The notes under the pieces were generated by a model that had not been told where the DNA came from, ran no database searches, and worked only from the letters and a program-made list of their open reading frames with translations. DNA of 64,000 nt, from NCBI GenBank assembly GCA_965224195.1, contig OZ245040.1:864001-928000 (forward strand). The letters are read 5' to 3'. This document shows, piece after piece, positions 52,968 through 62,746 of the stretch; position 1 is the stretch's first letter, and every line of letters begins with the position of its first letter. This DNA comes from Nitrosopumilus sp. GTDB taxonomy: Archaea > Thermoproteota > Nitrososphaeria > Nitrososphaerales > Nitrosopumilaceae. Position numbers and translations under genes: made by a program.

Positions 52968-54242
52968 TTGCGATTTAAAAACACTAAAACTGGGATTTTA
53001 TTTGGTTTAATTATTGCTGCAGTAATAATTGTTGCATTTGCCATATCAAACACATTACAAACCACAACTGATAGTACAGATAATACCACAACTGATACTA
53101 TAACTGGTTTATCAGGTGAGGTAAAAATTGGACTAATTACCCCGCTAACAGGGGATTTATCCACACATGGCAATGAAAACTATGAGGCATCAAAGCTTGC
53201 AGTATCTGATTTTAATGAACATCTAAAGGAGATAGGGGAGCCTTGGCATATTACCATGATATCTGAAGACTCTGCAACAAACCCTGTACTTGCCCTAGAA
53301 AAACTAGCATCCCTTAACGCAAAGGGAATAAAAGCAGTACTAGGACCTGAAACCAGCTCCAATGTGCGCAATATTATAGGATATGCAGATTATAATAATA
53401 TGCTACTGGTAAGCTGTTGCTCTACTGCTCCTGCACTTGCCATACCAAATGACAGTGTATACAGACTGGTACCAGATGACACAAACCAAGGAGCAGCACT
53501 TGCAAAACTCTTAGATAGTCAGGGTATAGATGTGGTAATACCTGTGTATAGGGGAGATACTTGGGGTGATGGCCTAAAGGATGCGACAGCACAATCTTTC
53601 TTATCTGGGGATAAAATAGTAGATGATGGTATTAGGTATAATCCAGAGTCCCCTGAATTTTCAGCCTCTACTTCCTTACTATCTAAAAAGGTACAAGAGT
53701 ACGTTGATAAATATGGTACAGACAAAGTTGCAGTTTTATATTTGGGCTTTGCTGAAGTGTTACAGTTTATGCAGTCATCATCACAGCATGATATATTAGA
53801 TGATGTGAGATGGTTTGGTCCTGGTGCTACTACAAAAGAGTACAGTTTGATAAATGATCCAATTGGTTTAGAGTTTTCAAATACAATAAAGTTTACCACA
53901 GTCCAGATGGCAGTATCTGCAAACCCAACTTACCAGCACGTGCAGGACTATCTGGTGGATTCTTTTGGCAGGGCACCTAGTACATTTGCACACTCGTCTT
54001 ATGATGCAGTGTGGGTTGTAGGGCTATCAATTTTGGAATCCCAGAGTTCTGATATATCTGATATTAAAAATATACTCCCCTCTGTTGCAGATAATTATAG
54101 TGGTGCAATAGGAAATACAAAGCTAAATGACGCAGGAGACTTGGCAAATGCCGACTATGAGGTGTGGGGCATTAGAGATGGGGCTTGGGTGTTGTTAGGT
54201 CAGTATGATTATGCTGATGGTACTATAACTTTAATAAAATAA
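52968..54242 (+). CDS. LivJ/LivK-type ABC substrate-binding protein
   Basis: TM anchor, KIGLITPLTG, YRLVPDD, YDAV. Confidence 0.88.
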   Translation: MRFKNTKTGILFGLIIAAVIIVAFAISNTLQTTTDSTDNTTTDTITGLSGEVKIGLITPLTGDLSTHGNENYEASKLAVSDFNEHLKEIGEPWHITMISEDSATNPVLALEKLASLNAKGIKAVLGPETSSNVRNIIGYADYNNMLLVSCCSTAPALAIPNDSVYRLVPDDTNQGAALAKLLDSQGIDVVIPVYRGDTWGDGLKDATAQSFLSGDKIVDDGIRYNPESPEFSASTSLLSKKVQEYVDKYGTDKVAVLYLGFAEVLQFMQSSSQHDILDDVRWFGPGATTKEYSLINDPIGLEFSNTIKFTTVQMAVSANPTYQHVQDYLVDSFGRAPSTFAHSSYDAVWVVGLSILESQSSDISDIKNILPSVADNYSGAIGNTKLNDAGDLANADYEVWGIRDGAWVLLGQYDYADGTITLIK

Positions 54243-54294
54243 TATCATACTGTTTTATTAAAAGTATTTATTTGTAATAATTACCGATCATACT

Positions 54295-54495
54295 ATGCGG
54301 CTGCCTAGTATGATGACAATGTTTTTGGTATTGTTTTTTGGTCCAATTGCAGGTATTGTTTTTAGATATAAATACAATAAAACCAATGACAGACAGATGG
54401 CCACATTTTTGTGGTATGTATCTTGGTTGTCTTTATTGGTTGGTGTAATATGTGCGGGATTTTATTATCCAGAATATTTTGATATGCCGTATTAG
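54295..54495 (+). CDS. small two-TM protein
   Basis: 66-aa hydrophobic ORF. Confidence 0.6.
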   Translation: MRLPSMMTMFLVLFFGPIAGIVFRYKYNKTNDRQMATFLWYVSWLSLLVGVICAGFYYPEYFDMPY

Positions 54496-54510
54496 ATGGT
54501 AATGGTTATT

Positions 54511-54648
54511 TTACAATGCTAGTCCAACATATGACCAGCTAGCATCCCCACAATTATCACACATTAAACTATCCAAACACTTTATGTTACATTGCTCCTC
54601 TGTAATTGTAATCTTTTTGCCACAACTGCCGCACTTAATTTTCCACAT
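54511..54648 (-). CDS. Zn-ribbon microprotein (45 aa)
   Basis: CGSCG...CDNCG. Confidence 0.55.
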   Translation of the reverse strand: MWKIKCGSCGKKITITEEQCNIKCLDSLMCDNCGDASWSYVGLAL

Positions 54649-54682
54649 AATAGATAATAGGATCACTATAGTATTATATCAT

Positions 54683-54943
54683 ATGGTATCCCCTACAACA
54701 CTCCAGGACAAATACATATACTTTGAGATTTCCCTAAATGAAAGCTGGAAAGAGATTAAAAATGATGATACAAAGTACAAGGCCTATCATGTTATAATTA
54801 CTGCAAGCAAGACTCCAACTATAACCCTCATGGATAAAAAAGGAAAAACAGCAAAACTGTGTTTTGATATGGGTGCAACTATCCTGTTAGAGGGTCCAGA
54901 TACCATATGGTATGATATAGATAATTTGATAGAGTGCTCCTAA
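54683..54943 (+). CDS. hypothetical protein
   Basis: ORF from internal ATG (MVSPTT), divergent from Zn-ribbon ORF. Confidence 0.5.
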   Translation: MVSPTTLQDKYIYFEISLNESWKEIKNDDTKYKAYHVIITASKTPTITLMDKKGKTAKLCFDMGATILLEGPDTIWYDIDNLIECS

Positions 54944-55114
54944 CTATACCCATAACTGATGAAGGCTTGTACAAAAAAATAAGCAATTCAATTTAGTATT
55001 GTACATTATAAGCGATCTAATATTATTATAATAAAATACTCATATTATATTAATGTTATATAATACTTGCGATCTGAAGATTAGATATATCAAAGTATAT
55101 CATACTATAATATT

Positions 55115-56172
55115 ATGAAACCTCATCTTTTGGCAGCAACAGTAGTCTTTTCATAATACTGCTTGTACCTGGCGGAGCATTTGCAAACCAGCTGCCAGGA
55201 GATGGCATTTTATCAATACTAAAACAATATGCAAGTGGTGTTCCACTAGATAACATACAGTGCAAAAACCCAGAACATTTTGTAGCGTTGCGTGATAATG
55301 GCAAGCCAATATGCGCCACAGAAAGAACACTTGAGCATCTGGGGCTGGACATGACCTATTACAATCCCAAACCAATTTTAAAAAATACTAAACTAATCAT
55401 TAATCCTACCAACCTTACAGGTATAATCCCACAAGACATTACTTTTGATTATGTTTTAAAAATGCCTCCTGATGATCCTGATGCATTTGCCCAAAGAATG
55501 GCTGAATTTTTTGACGATGAAATTATATCTTCAAGTCATGAAAGAAAAGAGCCAAGCCATCATGGACTGGATAAATACACTACAAAAAGAGGTTGGATTA
55601 AGATTGATAAGGAGTCTCTTTATGGTTTTCCTTTCACATATACTTTCTTTGGACCAGGCAGAATTCCACCTGCACAAGCAGAATCTGTTACAACGTCATT
55701 ACTAGATGAATTGGGAATAAAATTAGATGGAACAGAATATTTTGATAAAGGGGGCATGGCTTCAAATTATGATTATAAATATATGCAAACAATTGGAGAT
55801 TTTATAATCCCAACCAACGTGATAATTACTGATTTTGATCCAGGTTACACTTTTATCCATATTGGAAGTTGGAACTATAATTTATCAGAGATGGATTTTT
55901 TTGACATAAAACAAGCAAAACAAAACGGCAGAGAACATATTCTCAAATATCCAGAACTAACTGGACCTAACTGTGATGTTTTTTTTAGCACTATACCTAC
56001 CGGTATTGAAGATGAAAAGGTTTTGTACATTCTACATGAAAGACCCGTCTATAAGGTGTTTAGTGGCGCATGCAGTATACCATATATGACGGGACATTCT
56101 CAGATGTTTGACACGTTTGTTGATGCAATAACTGGTGAGCCTTTATACGTGCTAAGTAAGTGGATGTTCTAA
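55115..56172 (+). pseudogene. secreted protein with frameshift in signal peptide
   Basis: MKPHLLAATVVFS* then shifted frame continues through LKQYASGVP...C...KPIC motif into the 294-aa ORF. Confidence 0.7.
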
Positions 56173-56181
56173 TGTCTGTTG

Positions 56182-57179
56182 TTACTCTGTCAAACAAATC
56201 ATTTCTAACTAATGATTAATTTCATTTCCCTCAAACACTTGCAAATAAATTATACAGCTCGACTTTTAATTCCAATTCCTTTATCATGTATTTTCTTTTG
56301 TGAGCCATGACATACTCACCAAACATCCTTTTGAATGTAGAAAAGACACACTCTACAATCCATCTATTCCCATAGCTAACGCTGCGCTTCCACAAATCCA
56401 AATTATACATTTGAGCCAAAACTGATTTCTTTCGGGGATAACATTTTGTTTTGATAGATGATGTTTTTCTAACTTTAACTGCAGGCAGTGCATTTGTGTT
56501 GTGGTACAGATATGAAAAGTTGTTTTCTGAATCATATGCGCCATCAGCTAGAGCCTTGATTACATTTCCTTTGTACAATGCTTGTTGTACTAGTTCTGGC
56601 AGATGTGCAGGCATCATGGGATGAATCATCAATTATTTTCAGTGAAACTATTTTCTTTGATTTCACATCTGCACCAACATGGATTTTCAAGAATCCTTTT
56701 CTCATGTGCCATTTCTGTCGCATCCATTCACCTCTGTTTGCAACCTTGATTCCTGTACTGTCAATTGCTAAAATGATTTCATTGTTATCTCCAAGGAATT
56801 ATCAATTTTGATGTCAAGCTTGTTTATTCTCTTGTGGACTGGTGTAAAATCAGGAACTGATGGAATTCTATTACAATATGCACGAATCATTCCTTTCTGT
56901 TTGTCTGAATGGTAATCCAAAATAGATTCTGGCATAACCTGGCAATTTCATAAACGAGTCAGGATAGCCTGGACTTTCTACCTCTTTTGTTGTGATTCAT
57001 GACCTCTAGTTCTTTATGCCAGTTCTCAATAACATCAAATGACATGATGATCTTCACCTCTTCGGACTAGTTTTTCATTGTATTGACTCCAGTTAACCAT
57101 GAAAATAATCAGAATGTGAGATCCAAAGCTATTGTGGTGTAATGATATTGATCAGATTGTTATTTGTTCGACAAAGTAA
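56182..57179 (-). mobile_element. degenerate IS5-family element
   Basis: TIRs TTACTCTGTCAAACAAAT / ATTTGTTCGACAAAGTAA; frameshifted transposase from ATG 57100 (NWSQYNEKLVRRG...DSTG...ADGAYD...RWIVECVFS). Confidence 0.85.
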
Positions 57180-57420
57180 ATCTAAATCCTTCACTATTCA
57201 TATTTTTTTCCTAAACCGTTCTGTTTGGGTTTTTTGCACTTACAAGATGCAGTCTATCTTGTTCCATCTTCTCCTCGAATTGGTTTTTAATTTTTTCATC
57301 TGCTTCTCCCCATTCAGGAAGTTCTGATTTTGAAATCAACTCTAAAGACATATGCGATGGATATGTTTTTGCCTTTAATTTATTTTTCTATTACAAGGTT
57401 TTGTTAAATTGCGTAACATA

Positions 57421-57684
57421 TCAACAGATGCATCCCGTGCTATGATCAACTCGTCTCAAAACCATACAATACATCAAAAGTGATGCAATATTAACAAATG
57501 CCAGATAATTTTCTGCTACTCTTTCATATCTGATTGTTGTTCTTTTGAATCCATTTTTGAGCCAAGCAAAGAATCTCTCCACAACATGACGAATTTTATT
57601 GTATTTTTTGTATGATTTATTTTTTGTTGCTTTATTGTTATTTTTTCTAAATGGAATGCATGGATTGATATTTCTATTTTTCAA
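57421..57684 (-). pseudogene. IS5-family transposase C-terminal remnant
   Basis: RHVVERFFAWLK...IRYER. Confidence 0.8.
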
Positions 57685-57716
57685 AATTCAAACATAATGC
57701 ACAAAGCCTTCTAAAG

Positions 57717-58154
57717 ATGGGAAAAGATGTAGCAAAGAAGGTTCCCCGTGTCTTTGTAACAGATGGCTTATCAGTTTACAATGATGCCTTCAAAAAGGAA
57801 TATGCACCAAAAAATTTCTTACACAAGCCATCAAAACACGTTAGTGACATACATTTTAAGAACCAGCTAGCAAACAACAACATACAGGAAAGACTAAACG
57901 GTGAGTTTCGTGACCGTGAAAAGGTCTTTAGATGTCTTAAGAAAGTTGACAGTCCAGCAATTACAGGAATCAAATTACATCACAATTACATAAAACCACA
58001 CATGAGTTTAGATGAGCATACACCAGCTTTTAGAGCTGAAATTGAGATTAAGGGTGATAACAAGTGGTTGACAATCATTCAAAATGCCTCAAAAACTCCC
58101 GACACTTGACACGAAGAAAATTTTGATCTCATCTCCAGATTACTTGACAGAACC
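57717..58154 (+). mobile_element. IS6-family 3' remnant
   Basis: VTDGL, NNNIQERLN, HNYIKPH; IR TACTTGACAGAACC at 58141-58154. Confidence 0.8.
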
Positions 58155-58188
58155 TAGATAAGTAAGGCATACCAGTGTTATTCAATAT

Positions 58189-59013
58189 ATGAAAAAGACA
58201 ATAATATTTGCAATAATATTTACAATAATATTTACAATAATAGCTGGGATCTCAGTTTTGGTATTGGGACCTTTTGGAACATCTCATGTAGATACCATAG
58301 AGATGACAGATGCAGAAAAGACATGGCTTGGGACAAGACAAACTATAAGGGTGGCATATGACCCTGCTTGGTATCCATTTGAGTACATGGACAAAGAGTC
58401 CGGCAAGACAGGGGGACTTTCAGGCAAGTACTTTGCAGAGATAGAGTCATCTACAGGAGCAGACCTTGTTGCAATAGAGATATCTGACTGGGCAGATGCA
58501 TTAGAGTCAGTTAAAGACGGCAGGGCAGACATATTGCTCATGGTAGCTGACACTGAGCAGAGAAGAGAGTTTTTGGGATTTACAGAACCACACAGCAGAA
58601 TATCAGTGGACATGATCACAGTTGGAACGCAGACACTTGATGTAAAAGAGCTAGCAGAGCTCAGAGTTGCCACCGTAAAGGATTATGCAGTAGAGTCATG
58701 GCTTGATCAGAACAAGCCAGAGGTAAGGTATACATCATTTGAAAATGCCGCTGCTGCACTTGAGGCCCTGGAGGCAAAGAGCATGGATGTCTTTCTTGAA
58801 AATGAGCATGTGGCATCAATTACAGCTGCAAAGGCAGGCATAAGTGGAGTGTTTAATGCAGGCCCATCAGGATACGAGTATGTTCTGTCCATAGGCTTTG
58901 CAAAAGAGTCCGGTGAGCTTGGCACCATACTGCAAAAGGCCATTGATGCAATTCCGCAAGACCAAAAAGCACAGATGCTCAAAGACGTACTGGCAGAGAA
59001 CGACGGCATCTGA
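58189..59013 (+). CDS. membrane-anchored family-3 solute-binding protein (BvgS/EvgS periplasmic-domain-like)
   Basis: TDAEKTWL...IRVAYDPAWYPFEY, FTEP; no permease adjacent. Confidence 0.82.
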   Translation: MKKTIIFAIIFTIIFTIIAGISVLVLGPFGTSHVDTIEMTDAEKTWLGTRQTIRVAYDPAWYPFEYMDKESGKTGGLSGKYFAEIESSTGADLVAIEISDWADALESVKDGRADILLMVADTEQRREFLGFTEPHSRISVDMITVGTQTLDVKELAELRVATVKDYAVESWLDQNKPEVRYTSFENAAAALEALEAKSMDVFLENEHVASITAAKAGISGVFNAGPSGYEYVLSIGFAKESGELGTILQKAIDAIPQDQKAQMLKDVLAENDGI

Positions 59014-59060
59014 GCGCAGAGACAACTACTGCAGAGATTTGTATGAAAGGCAACTTGTTG

Positions 59061-59186
59061 CAGGTTTGATGCCACACATACAACTGATAAACTATCCATT
59101 TTCAATTTAACACCGTATCGCACAATAACTGACAAGGCAACAGGTTTGATGCCACACATACAACTGATAAACTATCCATTTTCAAT
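59061..59186. repeat. unit H: 46-bp direct repeat, 34-bp insert
   Basis: CAGGTTTGATGCCACACATACAACTGATAAACTATCCATTTTCAAT at 59061-59106 and 59141-59186. Confidence 0.93.
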
Positions 59187-59262
59187 AGGAATAAGATCTG
59201 TATTTGAGCTCCCGATAACTTGACAGTTCCCAAATATATTAAAATATATATGATATATTATT

Positions 59263-60450
59263 ATGGCAATACACATAATGACTACAAAAACAATATCTAT
59301 TGCAGCTTTTGTGGCTGTAATGGCAATATTAATGACTTCAAACATTGCATACGCTGACAATGCGCCGCAAGGCGTAGAACTGGCACGTAACGGTGATGGC
59401 ACGGCCACACTGTCATGGGCTGCACAAGATGGTATTAAAAAATACATCATAAAGAGTGCCTGTCTGGCTACCACAAATGATGATGGTAGTAAATTAAAGG
59501 GCAAAATAGCACTGGACGGTGATGTACAATCACATACCTTTGTTGTTGCAGATGACAAACTTTGCAAGGTTAGTATCCGTACATTAGATGAAAATAATGT
59601 CAGATCAGTCAATGTAAAGATAGTCATGGCAAGTAACGAGTCCACTGGAGAGATAGTACAGGATGTCAACAACAGAACACATCGTGCAACTGATGCTGCT
59701 CTTGGTCTAATTCCAACCTCTGTAACTGCTACGGCATGGGCTGATGATACAGCAACTGTAACATGGGCTGCACCTTCAAACACTGGTAGTAGAACCGTCG
59801 ATTCATACGTTGTAACGGAGATAAATGACTGCTTTAACAACTTGGCACATTCTGAACCAACATATGAAGAAAGTGTTGATGGCAATACCTTGAGCATTGA
59901 GACTGGTCCAGCATCACCAAACGCTGATGACTGTTCATTTAAGGTTCGCGCAGTCTTTACTGACGGCGACAAATCTGTCTGGTCTGCAAACGCAGACACT
60001 GATGTCTCATACCATACTGCATATGGCGGCGGCAAGCTAGGAAAAGTCACAAACTTTTCTGCCACAGCAGTAAAGGATAGTAACGGTGCAGACTTTACAG
60101 TAGAGTGGAGTCCACCTGCAAACGTTAGTGACGTTCCAGTAGACAGATACCATGTCAATTTATGTGTAGAGTCTAGCAAGTCAAAATACAGTCAGATCCT
60201 CTCAGGAGGTGATGCCTCGTACACTGCTACAATAAGTGACGTGTCCAAAGACGAATTCCACCAAACCAAGTTCTATTCTTCTGGCACGGATTTCACGAAT
60301 GCGGAAAAAACCAAACGTGGTGAGGTAATTCTCGACGCCAACGATCCTTTTGTGTGTACTGTTGCAGTAACTGCAGTAGGTGAAGGCAACTATAGGCAAA
60401 CTGCCGTAGTGTATGAGAATGTCGTCTGGAATAGTATACCAGCGTCTTAA
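59263..60450 (+). CDS. secreted protein with three FN3-like domains
   Basis: Signal peptide; LSWAA, VTWAAP...FKVRA, VEWSPP...VAVTA. Confidence 0.8.
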   Translation: MAIHIMTTKTISIAAFVAVMAILMTSNIAYADNAPQGVELARNGDGTATLSWAAQDGIKKYIIKSACLATTNDDGSKLKGKIALDGDVQSHTFVVADDKLCKVSIRTLDENNVRSVNVKIVMASNESTGEIVQDVNNRTHRATDAALGLIPTSVTATAWADDTATVTWAAPSNTGSRTVDSYVVTEINDCFNNLAHSEPTYEESVDGNTLSIETGPASPNADDCSFKVRAVFTDGDKSVWSANADTDVSYHTAYGGGKLGKVTNFSATAVKDSNGADFTVEWSPPANVSDVPVDRYHVNLCVESSKSKYSQILSGGDASYTATISDVSKDEFHQTKFYSSGTDFTNAEKTKRGEVILDANDPFVCTVAVTAVGEGNYRQTAVVYENVVWNSIPAS

Positions 60451-60531
60451 CATTGCAAAGCTGACAGCAAACAACACCCCCACCTTTTTTTATTTTAAAA
60501 TGTTAAAATACAACTATACTAAATTATTATT

Positions 60532-60675
60532 ATGGCATCAAAGCGCATAACCATAATGATTGATGAGAAAAATTACTCCAAAATACACAAAATTCAGGCC
60601 AAGAGAATTCTAAATGAGAATCGCGCTGTCAGCTTTTCTCGAGTTATTAATGATCAATTAGAAAAAAGTTTCTAA
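60532..60675 (+). CDS. ribbon-helix-helix-like small DNA-binding protein
   Basis: MASKRITIMIDE...SFSRVIN, 47 aa. Confidence 0.65.
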   Translation: MASKRITIMIDEKNYSKIHKIQAKRILNENRAVSFSRVINDQLEKSF

Positions 60676-61172
60676 AAATCTAGTTTCTGTGTATGGTATA
60701 ATCCATACACTTTTTGTAAAATACCTAAGGTCGTCCTAGCTTTATGTTTGGAGGCATTGGACAGCTTTTGGTTTTTACACCAGGTGCTCATTTGCCTTAT
60801 AGATGGTATCGCCTTTTTTGATGGATATCTTACAGTGCTTGCCAGGTACTATCAAACTTTGACTGCATTGTATTTGGTATGATTACAGTATTATTTTATG
60901 ATTATTAAATACTGTCTTTGTATCTATATTATTAACTAGGAGTTATCATTGGATCTTTATAGATTGGAGATAACAATTAGAGATGCAACTAGTAAGGATA
61001 TACCCATTCTCTTGGAGTTACTATACTTTAAAATGATGACCAAGAATTATGAAGCATAGTAGATGATCGCATATATGATCAAAGTCAATAATTATCTGAA
61101 AATAAGCAATAATTCCAAAGTATGACATGATAAGTAGGATTTATGTTAATTGTATTGTAGGAAGTTTGTGAG

Positions 61173-61262
61173 ATGACCGAAAAAGAAGTTGAAGAATTAC
61201 AGGAAATTGTAGAAAAAGCAATAGATGATAATCTAGAGTTCTTTGATGAACTTGCAGATTAA
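61173..61262 (+). CDS. putative acidic antitoxin peptide (29 aa)
   Basis: MTEKEVEELQEIVEKAIDDNLEFFDELAD directly upstream of Doc-like gene. Confidence 0.55.
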   Translation: MTEKEVEELQEIVEKAIDDNLEFFDELAD

Positions 61263-61278
61263 TTCTATTCTTTTACTT

Positions 61279-61680
61279 ATGGAGTTACAAGGTGTTTTAG
61301 GAATACATGAAATAATTAAGCAAAAATCTCCAAGACCAGTTACAGTTGGACCAATAGATGAAGGGATAATTATAGGAGTACTTGACAAAGCAATCACGAC
61401 TCTTTATGGTCATGAAAAATACATTACACCATATCAAAAAGCAGCTTGTATTTTAGAAGGTATTTGTAGACTACATCCATTCACAGATGGAAACAAAAGA
61501 ACAGCATTTTATTCAGCTTATGCATATCTACAAAGTCAAGGGTATTATTTAGATATGAAGTTAGTAGAATCTAGTTTTCTTGTGTATGTTGCATCAGTTA
61601 AAGAACTAACTACAGAAGACGAAATTGATATGTTGATAAATGAAATTGCGGATTGGTTAGAACATCGAATTAAAAAATAG
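61279..61680 (+). CDS. Fic/Doc family toxin
   Basis: HPFTDGNKRTA Doc-type motif. Confidence 0.88.
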   Translation: MELQGVLGIHEIIKQKSPRPVTVGPIDEGIIIGVLDKAITTLYGHEKYITPYQKAACILEGICRLHPFTDGNKRTAFYSAYAYLQSQGYYLDMKLVESSFLVYVASVKELTTEDEIDMLINEIADWLEHRIKK

Positions 61681-61923
61681 TAAATATCAATAATACATAT
61701 GAATTATTTCAAATCAAGTGTTGTGATCCCGTTCTTTCAGAAATTGAAAATTTTAAAAGAATAAAAGGTAATCCAACTCTTAAAAAAAAACAGTCCTAAA
61801 GTTTGATTTGCAGCAGACACGTTGCAAGTTTTTTGAATTTATAAAGATGTAAAAAAAACGAAAACCCCTGCCGCAGGCTTTATCACGGCATGTGTGTTTT
61901 TCAGCCTCTGTAATTTACTGCCC

Positions 61924-62247
61924 TCAAGACTGGCATCTTTTCAGAAACCTTGCAGAGATATTTTTTATTTCTGATATCTCTATCCTTTCAGAGTCTGGGT
62001 GATTCTCTGCAATGTACTTATCCAGTGCGTCTTTTGCTGATTCTAAAAAATAACACAACGTCAAATCCCGACAAGTTCCATAGTTATCCATGTAGGCCAG
62101 AGATTGATATTTAGAATACTGCATGTTCATAACAGATGCAACAGCACAGGCAAAATCCTCTCCCTTGATGAGACAAATATCCCAGCAGATACAGTCTCGT
62201 AGATATGTGCCGTATAATTCTAAAACTCTACATCGTATATAGAACAC
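61924..62247 (-). CDS. hypothetical protein (gene X family; paralog split at 36200/41610)
   Basis: Peptide similarity to fragments at 36202-36280 and 41443-41610; start uncertain. Confidence 0.6.
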   Translation of the reverse strand: MFYIRCRVLELYGTYLRDCICWDICLIKGEDFACAVASVMNMQYSKYQSLAYMDNYGTCRDLTLCYFLESAKDALDKYIAENHPDSERIEISEIKNISARFLKRCQS

Positions 62248-62611
62248 ATTACAAGGTCATTTATTTTCTCATTGTGAATGTCATATTTGATTCTGCATTT
62301 CTTGCCAAAGTACTCAAGGTTCAATCTGTTATTTTTATTTATTGCCGTTTATGAATTTGTTGGGGGATCTTGTTGCATACAATAAGGATTCACTCTTTTT
62401 GGTGAATATTTGCGTGAATTTGTAAAAATTTTCTGAAAAATGCAATTTTCATTCATATACTAAAATTATATAAACATTGGTTATACTTACTATATTGTTG
62501 TATTGTATATGATATGACAATTTATCCATTGATCTAAAAAAGGTTAATAAAAAATTGCCGTTTTTCATAATGTTAATAACAATTAACTAGCACCAAATAT
62601 TGTAAATCACT

Positions 62612-62704
62612 ATGCCAATGAGAAAAAAAAATAAACACATGAGACATGCTGATCAAAGGGCTGATACTCGCAAAAAAAAGAAAGCCGGCAAACCACGTTC
62701 TTGA
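62612..62704 (+). CDS. 30-aa basic microprotein
   Basis: MPMRKKNKHMRHADQRADTRKKKKAGKPRS. Confidence 0.45.
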   Translation: MPMRKKNKHMRHADQRADTRKKKKAGKPRS

Positions 62705-62746
62705 TCTAATCAACCTTTTTACATTCAAAACTGACGAGGGGTAATA

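Noticed and set aside
58198-58240. 12-bp tandem repeats (TIIF x3; also PTPV near 37195)
   Set aside because: Simple slippage repeats in a TM or linker, with no foreign insert.
59172-60179. 335-aa minus-strand ORF
   Set aside because: Antisense shadow of the FN3 protein, which has the signal peptide and motifs; the same applies to other antisense ORFs such as 51456-52124.
60963-61030. GNAT N-terminal fragment resembling 44986 as an island boundary duplication
   Set aside because: Similarity is peptide-level and short; more likely a truncated paralog.
36217-62145. 42-bp direct repeat as attL/attR of a 26-kb island
   Set aside because: Peptide similarity extends beyond the identical block on both sides; it is explained by gene X paralogy.
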